Of a stretch of DNA of 19,754 nucleotides, positions 8,325 to 16,442 are shown in pieces. This DNA comes from Sulfurimonadaceae bacterium. GTDB taxonomy: Bacteria > Campylobacterota > Campylobacteria > Campylobacterales > Sulfurimonadaceae. Below the pieces are notes generated by a model that saw nothing but the letters and a program-made list of their open reading frames with translations, was not told the origin of the DNA and did no database searches. Numbering within the stretch: the first letter of the stretch is position 1; each line of letters opens with the position of its first letter. The stretch is from the NCBI GenBank assembly GCA_041548245.1, contig JBFESZ010000033.1, positions 1-19,754 on the forward strand, written 5' to 3'. A program made the position numbers and the translations under genes.

Positions 8325-9455
8325 ATGTCAGATGTCCCAAAATGCTTGCAACCAGCGGTTGAACAGCTTCAAAGGTATGAACTACAGATCTCGGCTTTAG
8401 AGAGCAGGAATCAAAAACTTGATGACGATATACAGACACTCAGCAATGAGAAGTCGAAGCTTGAGGAGAAGATTCTGGAAGAGAGTGAGAGATGTAAACG
8501 TTCTGTGGAGGCTTTGGAACAAGAAAAGACGAGCCTGCGTGAATTGAACGCCGTTGTTCGTGATCAGCTGCGTGAAAAAACAGAAGAGCTTGAGGCATTG
8601 AGTGAATCAAATAGAAAACTCTCGGAAGTGAATGAGCGTGTAAGTTCTGAAAGTATTCGCGTCAGTGCTGGACAAGAAGCACTCTCCCATCAGAGTCAGC
8701 GCCTCAACGAGGAGCTTGAGAAACTGCGTCTGGAAAATGATAGTTTAAAAGAAGAGAACAGCTCTTTAAAACTCCTTAACAAAGTGAAATCACAACATGA
8801 TCAAGACCTTCAAGGAGATGAGAGCTGTGATGCCGCTATGGCAACCGAGATCGAGAGACTTAAAAAAGAACTGCTGGAGAAAGACACACAGAGTGATTCG
8901 GATGAGCGCTCTTTTCTAGAACGTGAAAATGAGCGTTTGATTCAAAGACATGGAGAAATCACTCAAGAGAAGATGCAGCTTTCCGCCAAGATACACACCG
9001 TGCTGAAAGAGCTTGAAGAGACGAAAGAGAAGCTTGAGAATACCAGTAAGAGTGTCACACATCTTGAATTTGAGCTTCAAACTCTGCAAAACATACGCAA
9101 TAGCCTGACAAAAGAAAAAGAGGCTTTGGTCGATGACAACCTTGCGTTACTTGATCAGAATACAGACCTTGACGGCAGAGTCATACGCCTTAGTGAAGAG
9201 CTCAAGCTGGTCACTGCAGAAAAAGATGCGATGCAACAGGAATTGACACAGGAGCATATTGTAGAAGATAGCCTAAGCGATGAAGTAAACCATCTTAGGG
9301 CAAAAAGCAGACGGCTGGCTGAAGAGGTCAAAGAGCTAAGAGAGAGTTCGCATGAGATATCTCATACCGAATCGGATATAGAAATAGTTCCGCCTTCATC
9401 AAGCACAAGATCATCATACTTTCCTACAGAAGAAGAGGGTGAAGACAAACATTAA
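8325..9455 (+). CDS. Hypothetical long coiled-coil protein
   Basis: 376 aa rich in E/L/K/S/Q with heptad leucines almost throughout. No TM segment or signal peptide. Ser/Pro/Glu-rich tail. Good SD and promoter. Confidence 0.8.
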   Translation: MSDVPKCLQPAVEQLQRYELQISALESRNQKLDDDIQTLSNEKSKLEEKILEESERCKRSVEALEQEKTSLRELNAVVRDQLREKTEELEALSESNRKLSEVNERVSSESIRVSAGQEALSHQSQRLNEELEKLRLENDSLKEENSSLKLLNKVKSQHDQDLQGDESCDAAMATEIERLKKELLEKDTQSDSDERSFLERENERLIQRHGEITQEKMQLSAKIHTVLKELEETKEKLENTSKSVTHLEFELQTLQNIRNSLTKEKEALVDDNLALLDQNTDLDGRVIRLSEELKLVTAEKDAMQQELTQEHIVEDSLSDEVNHLRAKSRRLAEEVKELRESSHEISHTESDIEIVPPSSSTRSSYFPTEEEGEDKH

Positions 9456-9528
9456 CCTTCTTCTTTACAATCTGTTACCAAGCTGCTTTTAGTTATCCTT
9501 TCGACTAATTTATATTATTAGGAAATTT

Positions 9529-10428
9529 ATGTCAGATCATAAAATCATTATTTTAGATACCGAAACGACAGGTGTGCTTGAAGAAGATAGGATTATTCAG
9601 TTGAGTTATCTTGTCACAGATGCACATGGGAAGATTGAAGAGGTCCATAACGAATTTTGTCAAGCACCTTTGCCAATCAAGTTTGATGCCATGGCGATCC
9701 ATCATATCACTCCTGAAACTCTTACAGGCAAGCCGACATGTCGTGAACTTGCAGCCTTCGCACGTTTGAATGAACTTAATACTTCACAGAACATTATTGT
9801 CATACAAAGTGCAGACTTTGATCTTGGGATGCTACAGAAGGAAGGGTTTGTCTCGAAAATGAGACTTATCGACACCTTCAGAATACATCGATATTTCTAT
9901 CATGATGAGCCGCACGGTCTACAGTATAACCGATATGCTTTGGGGCTTTATAAAAAAGAAGCAGAACAGATGAAAGAGCTTGGTGTGCAGATAGCTGCGC
10001 ACGACGCACTTGGGGATGTTATCGTGCTCAAGAACTTTTATGATCATCTATTGCGATCGCATGATGAAGAGCAGATGGTAGAGATGTGTTCAAGGCCAAT
10101 ATTGATGGATCTGATGCCGTTTGGAAAACACAAGGGCAAACGAATCGAAGAGGTCGCCGTGAGCGAAAGGCGGAGTCTTGCCTACATGCTTGAGACCTTT
10201 GATCTTGATCAAGACCTAAGGTACAGTTTTCAATACTATTATGATCTTATGAAAGAGAAGTCCTCTGTGATAATAGGCTTTGGAAAGTATAAAGGAAAAG
10301 CTCCTGCAGATATAGTTCATGAGGATCGTTCATACCTTGAGTGGATGCATGATAAGGCTGAGAATATAGCCCTTGAGCTCAAGGTTGAAATCAAGCGCGT
10401 ACTTGATGAGCATACACCTCAATCGTAG
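9529..10428 (+). CDS. DEDDh 3'-5' exonuclease (ExoX/DnaQ-like) with two C-terminal FGKxKG modules
   Basis: ExoI LDTETTG, ExoII QSADFD and ExoIII AHDALGD. Repeats MPFGKHKG and IGFGKYKG. Confidence 0.88.
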   Translation: MSDHKIIILDTETTGVLEEDRIIQLSYLVTDAHGKIEEVHNEFCQAPLPIKFDAMAIHHITPETLTGKPTCRELAAFARLNELNTSQNIIVIQSADFDLGMLQKEGFVSKMRLIDTFRIHRYFYHDEPHGLQYNRYALGLYKKEAEQMKELGVQIAAHDALGDVIVLKNFYDHLLRSHDEEQMVEMCSRPILMDLMPFGKHKGKRIEEVAVSERRSLAYMLETFDLDQDLRYSFQYYYDLMKEKSSVIIGFGKYKGKAPADIVHEDRSYLEWMHDKAENIALELKVEIKRVLDEHTPQS

Positions 10429-10556
10429 TGCGATAGAAAAAAGTTGAAGGATGTATGACGAATTTACAAGACATATTTTTCAATTAAAGGCATTCGGTAA
10501 AAATATAAGTTTAATTTATTTAAAATATAGTATTAAATGAATAAAAACAATCACTA

Positions 10557-10565
10557 TGCTATACT
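10557..10565 (+). promoter_or_regulatory. Putative extended -10 promoter of thioredoxin
   Basis: TGcTATACT, with AAGGA at 10580-10584 before ATG 10591. Confidence 0.6.
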
Positions 10566-10590
10566 TTTATTTAAATATAAAGGAATGATT

Positions 10591-10962
10591 ATGGCATATA
10601 TAGATCTAACAACACAAAACTTTAATGAAACACTTGACAATAATGAAATAGTTATCATCGATTTTTGGGCTGAGTGGTGTGGCCCATGTAAACAGTTCGC
10701 CCCGATTTTTGAAAAAGTTGCAGAAGATAATCCTGATATCACATTTGCTAAGGTCAATACCGAAGAACAACAAGCGTTGGCAATGCAATATGGTATTCGT
10801 TCGATACCAACACTGATGGTAAGCCGAGACGGTATCATTTTGCTTAATCAAGCAGGCATGCTTCCTGAAGAAGCTTTTGGCAAACTTATCGATCACGTCA
10901 AAGGGCTCGATATGGATGCGATACGTGCTGAGATAGCCAAAGATGAAGAGGATGATGAGTAA
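10591..10962 (+). CDS. trxA: Thioredoxin
   Basis: IDFWAEWCGPCK active site and IRSIPTL cis-Pro loop. Start reassigned from 10537 to 10591 on SD and promoter position. Confidence 0.93.
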   Translation: MAYIDLTTQNFNETLDNNEIVIIDFWAEWCGPCKQFAPIFEKVAEDNPDITFAKVNTEEQQALAMQYGIRSIPTLMVSRDGIILLNQAGMLPEEAFGKLIDHVKGLDMDAIRAEIAKDEEDDE

Positions 10963-10970
10963 AAGAAGTA

Positions 10971-12125
10971 TTATTCAACGGGCTTGTCGAAGTCTGTTGA
11001 ATACGTATCTTCATTCATTGATGGTAGTATAATAGTAAAACAGGTTCCGTCTTCTTCTTTATTTACACGGATGCTCCCATGAAAATGGTGTTCAATTATT
11101 AACTTGGTCATGTACAAGCCTATCCCTGTCCCTTTTTCACCTTTTGATGAAAAGCTTTTATCAAAGACTTTTTCTAACACTTCTTTGGAAATACCGCCTG
11201 CATTGTCCGTGATAGCCATGATAAACATGTTCCCTTGTCTTTTTAAACGTATGTTGATGTATGGACTTTCGGTACCGTTTTCAATGTGCGCTTCTACTGA
11301 GTTTTTGATCAAGTTGAGTAGGATATGCGCGAAGTCGTTTTTGGAAATCGAGTGAATCAACCAGCCTGAGTCTTTTTGGACATGATCATAATCAAAATTA
11401 ATCTGCACAAAGTTCTCTTGTGCAAAAGGTGATACTAGATCAATTGAGTATTGTATCAGTTCAATCAGAGAGGTTCGGATACTGGGTTGCTTGGTTTTAA
11501 AAAAATTCCTGAAATTATTCACCGTTTCTGATATGAAGTCTATTCTTTTATTGATCTCGTCATAAGCTTCATCAATATCTTCTTTCTCCAAAGTACCCAG
11601 CTCGATTTTGAGTTTAAGTTTTGTGAGTTTTGAAGAGATCAATGTAAGCGGTTGGTTCCATTGGTGGGCAATGGCACCAATCATCTCACCCATTGCAGCG
11701 TTTCTTGTCTGCTCTTTGAGTATCTCTTCTCGCTCTTGTAACTCACGCAGTGCGGTGATGTCATGACGAAGAGATACGAACCCTATCATCTCATCATCTT
11801 TATCAAAACGGGGAAAGACGGTAGTGATGACCCAATAATAATCACCATTTTTTTTCCGGTTTTTGATCTCACCTTTCCACTGTTTACCTGTTTTGATTGT
11901 CTCCCATAAATCTTCAAACATCTCAGAAGATGAGTCAGGGTGCCGTATGATGTTATGAGGTTGACCGATAAGTTCTTCTCTTGTATAACCTGAAATATTA
12001 CAAAATGCTGTTGATACATCCAGAATAACACCTCTATTGTCTGTTACGGAGGCAAGTAAAAAGCTTTCATCTGCAAGCAGGTATTTCATCATTTCATTAT
12101 TTTGAATCAAGTTCATTGATAACAT
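10971..12125 (-). CDS. Cytoplasmic PAS-domain sensor histidine kinase
   Basis: PAS/PAC (SGYTREELIGQPHNIIRHPD...WKGEIKNRKKNGDYYWV), H-box IAHQWNQPL, N-box NLIKNS, DNAGGI and GTGIGL. GGAG lies 7 nt before ATG 12125, which is preferred over 12203. Confidence 0.92.
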   Translation of the reverse strand: MLSMNLIQNNEMMKYLLADESFLLASVTDNRGVILDVSTAFCNISGYTREELIGQPHNIIRHPDSSSEMFEDLWETIKTGKQWKGEIKNRKKNGDYYWVITTVFPRFDKDDEMIGFVSLRHDITALRELQEREEILKEQTRNAAMGEMIGAIAHQWNQPLTLISSKLTKLKLKIELGTLEKEDIDEAYDEINKRIDFISETVNNFRNFFKTKQPSIRTSLIELIQYSIDLVSPFAQENFVQINFDYDHVQKDSGWLIHSISKNDFAHILLNLIKNSVEAHIENGTESPYINIRLKRQGNMFIMAITDNAGGISKEVLEKVFDKSFSSKGEKGTGIGLYMTKLIIEHHFHGSIRVNKEEDGTCFTIILPSMNEDTYSTDFDKPVE

Positions 12126-12148
12126 AGTACAACTCCAAGAGAATAACT

Positions 12149-12167
12149 GTTTATTTTGCAAATAAAC
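12149..12167. promoter_or_regulatory. Perfect 8-bp inverted repeat upstream of the kinase (possible operator)
   Basis: GTTTATTT-tgc-AAATAAAC, between a minus-strand TATAAT (12181-12186) and the kinase SD. Confidence 0.4.
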
Positions 12168-12524
12168 GATAAAAGCAATTATTATAATAAAATGGCAAAA
12201 CATTTTCTTCGGGATCAGTAGCTAGTCGAATTATCATTTTTTGCATTTTAATATATAATTTTTATTTATGTAATACATGACGATTGTATAACTTTCTTTT
12301 ATTATATGTCAAGGGTGAATAGAGTTATTTTCTAAAAAGATATCCAAATCAAATGAGAATAGATTCTTTATGTTGTATCTTGTTTGTTATTCGTGTTTTT
12401 AATAAATTTTTTTACCGTTTTTTGTACAATATGCAACATAATACTCACAATAAGTTTTTGATGAATGAATAATCTGTTTATTGTCTTTATATACAGTGGG
12501 ATTTAATATTAAAAGGGCAATGAT

Positions 12525-13661
12525 ATGGATCAGTCTAAGCTAGATAAAGCGATTAAAGATTTTATGCACCCCACTGTATACACGGGCGTTAAACCTGTTT
12601 TACTCGTTGCTGAGGAGTTACTCACCAAGCAAGGTAACGGTCAGGTTGTCGAGGCTGTTTGGGTTGGGATACAATCGGCCCAAGAGTTTAGTTATATATC
12701 CAAATTTGCTGTTGCAGGGAAGATAGTCTTGGGGAAATATTATAACCAGGATGAGTCAGAACATTTTCGTGGCAGGTTGGCTCTTGCCAATAATAAAAAT
12801 GTAGAAAAAGTTGTCTTACATCGAAGCTGTATTGAGGAGATAAAAAAATTAAAGAGTAAGATTTCTGAACTGTTTAATGAAATAAACAGAGACTTTGATG
12901 ATCTTTTAAATGTTACTTTAGAAGATAAGGAGATCTATTTTTTTGAGAAAAAAGACGGAGATTGGAAAGAGGAGCTTTTTAGCGATTTCAATATCAATGT
13001 GCCCTATAAAGTCGTAGACATTCAAAACAGTACATCAGACATTCACCTGTACCTTGAAAATCCAAAGACACGAAAAATAGATAAATGTCTGAGTTTTGAG
13101 AGGTTCTATGGTTATTTTGTTGGATCTCAAGCAGATATAGCCGGTTTAAAACTAAAAAGTGAAAGTTATTTGAAACGTATTGCCTCTTTGGAAAATGATG
13201 CGAAAATACTAATAAAACAGATAGATTGGCTGGACTTGGATAATGCGCATATTAAAGCGATTGTTGACAAACTTCCTGAACATCCGTTTGAAGAGTATTT
13301 TAACTATGTAGATAAAGACCATGTCCGAAACATTGAGGTGCCTGAGATATTAGTGGATGCACTTAAAAATATTATATTAAAGCACATGCCTGAAAACAAT
13401 ACCCCTTTAGGTATGGAATATATCCCGATAGACAAACTGCTTTATCTTTTTCATATGATTATTCCAAGGGATGAAGCGTTGTTAGCATTAGAAAGATGCG
13501 ATATCGTCTATGAACCACCGGGAATGTTGTTGGGGTTTGAAGGTGAGAGAAAACTACCGCCAAAGTTTTTAGTGCCCATCCGCCATGTCGCCAGTGCTTA
13601 TCAAAGGTTTCCAAGCTTTGTTAGTGTGTGTAACAGTTTTATTGATGATAAAAAGCATTGA
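12525..13661 (+). CDS. Hypothetical protein (378 aa, no recognised family)
   Basis: Long uninterrupted ORF in AT-rich DNA. AAGGG SD-like sequence. Candidate -10 TACAAT at 12425-12430. Soluble composition. Confidence 0.8.
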   Translation: MDQSKLDKAIKDFMHPTVYTGVKPVLLVAEELLTKQGNGQVVEAVWVGIQSAQEFSYISKFAVAGKIVLGKYYNQDESEHFRGRLALANNKNVEKVVLHRSCIEEIKKLKSKISELFNEINRDFDDLLNVTLEDKEIYFFEKKDGDWKEELFSDFNINVPYKVVDIQNSTSDIHLYLENPKTRKIDKCLSFERFYGYFVGSQADIAGLKLKSESYLKRIASLENDAKILIKQIDWLDLDNAHIKAIVDKLPEHPFEEYFNYVDKDHVRNIEVPEILVDALKNIILKHMPENNTPLGMEYIPIDKLLYLFHMIIPRDEALLALERCDIVYEPPGMLLGFEGERKLPPKFLVPIRHVASAYQRFPSFVSVCNSFIDDKKH

Positions 13662-13764
13662 GTGACAAAAGATACATTGGAAAGACAATGGAATGTCTAA
13701 TTATCAAGATACAGTACAATACGAAAACATATTATAGAAATGGCTTTAAGTTTGACGAGATTTA

Positions 13765-13795
13765 GTGACCGTTTTTGGTGACGTTTTGAATTCAA
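13765..13795. repeat. Tandem imperfect direct repeat plus 10-bp palindrome upstream of ybgC
   Basis: GTGACCGTTTTTG (13765-13777) and GTGACGTTTTG (13778-13788). TTGAATTCAA palindrome at 13786-13795. Confidence 0.5.
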
Positions 13796-13829
13796 TGGCT
13801 TGTAGGTGCCGTAAATAAGGGGTTTTAAG

Positions 13830-14231
13830 ATGCAAATCAGGGTATATTATGAAGATACGGATGTGGGCGGCATAGTCTATCACGCCAATTATCTGAAGTA
13901 TTGTGAAAGAGCCCGCAGTGAATATTTCTTTCAAGATGGTGTCACCCCGCATTTGGAGGGGGGCGAGTTCGTCGCAGCGAGTTTGGAAGCAAAGTTCAAG
14001 GCCCCTGCCAAACTTGGGGATATCCTGGATGTAAAAACAAAGATATTAAAGCTAAAAGGTAGTTCTTTGCTTTTAAACCAATCCGTTTACAAAGACAAGG
14101 TGCTGCTTTTTGACATGGATATCAAACTCGGTTTTATAAAAGAGGGCAGAGTGTTGCGAATGAGTGATCAGGTGCAAGCCTATCTTCTTAATCTTTTCAA
14201 GAACGAGATAAAAGGTGTAGGTGAGCTATGA
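13830..14231 (+). CDS. ybgC: YbgC/FadM family acyl-CoA thioesterase
   Basis: IRVYYEDTDVGGIVYHANYLKYCERARSE hot-dog fold signature and FKAPAKLGD. Confidence 0.93.
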   Translation: MQIRVYYEDTDVGGIVYHANYLKYCERARSEYFFQDGVTPHLEGGEFVAASLEAKFKAPAKLGDILDVKTKILKLKGSSLLLNQSVYKDKVLLFDMDIKLGFIKEGRVLRMSDQVQAYLLNLFKNEIKGVGEL

Positions 14232-14245
14232 CTTTGAATGAACAA

Positions 14246-15580
14246 TCAGATCTCTTCTTGTTCATCTTCATATAGCTCTTCTTCAATCTCTTCAACGGTG
14301 ATAAAGCGAGAAAAGGTCGGTTTGACTATGGAGATAGGGTATTCGACTTGATTATGTATGAGCTCTTGCGGATATTCCCTGTGTGCCGATGTGATCAGGT
14401 GATAAAAATAGTCTGCGCCGATAGTCGTGGCATAGTTGATCCAGTCATAGACAATATTGTTCTGCAAAAGAGAGTTTGATTCTATCATGACATTGTTATG
14501 ATAGTTGATCGAGTTCGCGATCAGCATATTCTCCCTGTCTTTTGGCTGTGTAAGCAGCAGAAGTTCAGGATTATAATTTATCTGTGTTGAGAGGATATTG
14601 GATACGTTGACATCATACAGGGTCAACTGAGACATGACCATTGCGGTTTTGACAACCGGCGTGTTAAGGAAGAATGAACCCTCCTGTATCTTCATGTTTT
14701 CATCCATCTGTGCTTGTAGATTGGATGTGTGTTTTGCGATGGGAAAAGAGTAAAACTTAGGCTCGCTTGCATAGCTAAGGTTAAGGTCACTCATCTGCTC
14801 AGCAGTCAGTTCCACACCCTCTTCATCTTTATGAACAATACGGTTTTGCGTTATGTTGTTTTCAAAGGCATAGAGGTACTGCTCCTTTGTCATGTCTGTC
14901 AGTTTTTTACCCAGGTCATTCTTGTCATAAAAAACAGTTAAAGGGGTAGAGGCGTAAGGCATCAGGTTTTCCATCTGTTTTTTATAGTTGATCCCGCCGT
15001 AATAGATATATTCAGCAGAGATGTTCATGTCATCTCGGTGGATAGTAGGAAAAAAGATATGCATAGGCAGGTCTAAAGAGGCAACATTATGAGCACCCTT
15101 GAGGGTCAAAGGGGCAATGACATAATGAAAATCATCCTCTTCGATCTTTTGAAGTACCTTCTCAAGCTCGTCAAACTCTTCAGACTCTGCATGATAGGTC
15201 TTAAGTTCAAAGGCTCTGTTCTTTGTAAGGTAATAAGCGAAAGCCGCATTGGTAGTAGAATAGGCATAGCGGCCTATGACCTTATAAGGCAAAAGCATGG
15301 CCACTTTGAGTTCGGTATATTGACGCATACGTTCGATGTTGAACAAAGAGGTCTGCATAAGCAGGATGTCATTCAGGACAGGGTCGTCTATCTTGTCCTG
15401 GGCATGGGCTAAAAAACTGAAAAAGCGTTCGTCTTCGATCAACTGGTAGAGACAGGCATTGTCACATTCGTGCTCATCGGTATTTAGTATATAGGTCTTT
15501 GGAAGAGGCACGGATGAGACCAAAAAGCTTTGAGCTTGTACAAGGATAAAAGCCAGGGACAAAAAGAGCAGGTGCTTCAT
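14246..15580 (-). CDS. Exported protein, probable type-1 periplasmic-binding (LppC/LpoA-like) fold
   Basis: Signal peptide MKHLLFLSLAFILVQA, then KVAMLLP, VIAPLT, FFPTIH and YYGGINY. Fold assignment is by resemblance only. The start abuts the UDG stop. Confidence 0.65.
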   Translation of the reverse strand: MKHLLFLSLAFILVQAQSFLVSSVPLPKTYILNTDEHECDNACLYQLIEDERFFSFLAHAQDKIDDPVLNDILLMQTSLFNIERMRQYTELKVAMLLPYKVIGRYAYSTTNAAFAYYLTKNRAFELKTYHAESEEFDELEKVLQKIEEDDFHYVIAPLTLKGAHNVASLDLPMHIFFPTIHRDDMNISAEYIYYGGINYKKQMENLMPYASTPLTVFYDKNDLGKKLTDMTKEQYLYAFENNITQNRIVHKDEEGVELTAEQMSDLNLSYASEPKFYSFPIAKHTSNLQAQMDENMKIQEGSFFLNTPVVKTAMVMSQLTLYDVNVSNILSTQINYNPELLLLTQPKDRENMLIANSINYHNNVMIESNSLLQNNIVYDWINYATTIGADYFYHLITSAHREYPQELIHNQVEYPISIVKPTFSRFITVEEIEEELYEDEQEEI

Positions 15581-16246
15581 TTATAACAATCCTTTAATAT
15601 TAATCAAGTCGGTCATTGTACACTTTTTTAATGAAGGGTTTCGTAACAGATGTGAAGGATGGTAAATAGGAACAAGTATCCTTTTCTCATAAGGGATCTT
15701 TTGCCCACGGACATTCTCAAAGGTGTTTTCATCCTTGATCAGGCTGTTAAAAGCAAGTTCACCCAGTGTGACGATGACTTTTGGGTTGACCAGTTCAATC
15801 TGTTTGAAAAGGTAGGGTTTGCAGCTTGAAAGCTCGGAATCTAAAATACTGTGCTGGTGCGACGGACGGCACTTGAGCACGTGAGTCAAATAGATCTCAT
15901 TGATGTCCAGTTCCAAAACGTTTTCAATCATCTTTCGTAAAGAGGCACCGGAGCGTCCAGTGAAACTGTCCTCACTTTCATCCTCAATCATTGAAGGTGA
16001 ACCGTCAATGAACATAATATCAGCATCGGGATTGCCAAAGCCAATCATGACACGCTGGCGGGACTTGCTAAGATCACATAAATGGCATTGTGACATCTGT
16101 GCATGTAAGCTTTGCAGATCAGATGGGAGGCTGAGGCTAAAGGGTTCCTTGTCACGGTTAATACTTATGGGATCAATATAAGAAAAGCCAAGCGATTTGT
16201 ATCGGTAAAGCGACTTGAGTAGTACAAGGTTCTGGTATGACTTCAA
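15581..16246 (-). CDS. Uracil-DNA glycosylase family 4-like protein with 4Fe-4S cysteines and degenerate catalytic motifs
   Basis: CHLC, FTGRSG, LKCRP, SCKPYL, VIVTLG and YHPSHLLRNP. TTG 16246 with AGGA 6 nt upstream is preferred over 16285. Confidence 0.85.
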   Translation of the reverse strand: MKSYQNLVLLKSLYRYKSLGFSYIDPISINRDKEPFSLSLPSDLQSLHAQMSQCHLCDLSKSRQRVMIGFGNPDADIMFIDGSPSMIEDESEDSFTGRSGASLRKMIENVLELDINEIYLTHVLKCRPSHQHSILDSELSSCKPYLFKQIELVNPKVIVTLGELAFNSLIKDENTFENVRGQKIPYEKRILVPIYHPSHLLRNPSLKKCTMTDLINIKGLL

Positions 16247-16442
16247 AGCGGTTCCTGTATTTAATGTCTTAGTGTATCCAAGCAAGCGTTAAATGCATAT
16301 AAAAAAGATTGTTCTATCCAAAAATCAAAACAAGCGGTGGTGCTGTGATGTGCGTCATGAGCTTATTATGATTGAAAAAGATAATATTGGTTTAAAAAAT
16401 AAACAGATAGAATAAATCTGAAACAACAAATAGGGGAGAAGA

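Noticed and set aside
8321..8362. Upstream ATG gives MNVRCPK, and removing one A from CCCAAAATGC would fuse it to the coiled-coil ORF as MNVRCPKCLQP (a CxxC knuckle), suggesting a frameshift
   Set aside because: ATG 8321 is only 2 nt from the AAGGAG while ATG 8325 is ideally spaced, and no second CxxC exists. Probably coincidence; homologue N-termini would settle it.
12126..12524. CRISPR array, tRNA or structured ncRNA in the long intergenic region
   Set aside because: No regularly spaced repeats, cloverleaf or GC-rich stems are visible. It looks like two divergent AT-rich promoters; a Rfam scan would be needed to exclude an sRNA.
12240..13836. 11/12 inverted match (TTTGCATTTTAA at 12240-12251 and TTAAGATGCAAA at 13825-13836) flanking the orphan ORF, as possible IS or invertible ends
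   Set aside because: Short and AT-rich, with no transposase or invertase motif in the ORF and no target duplication seen. Expected by chance.
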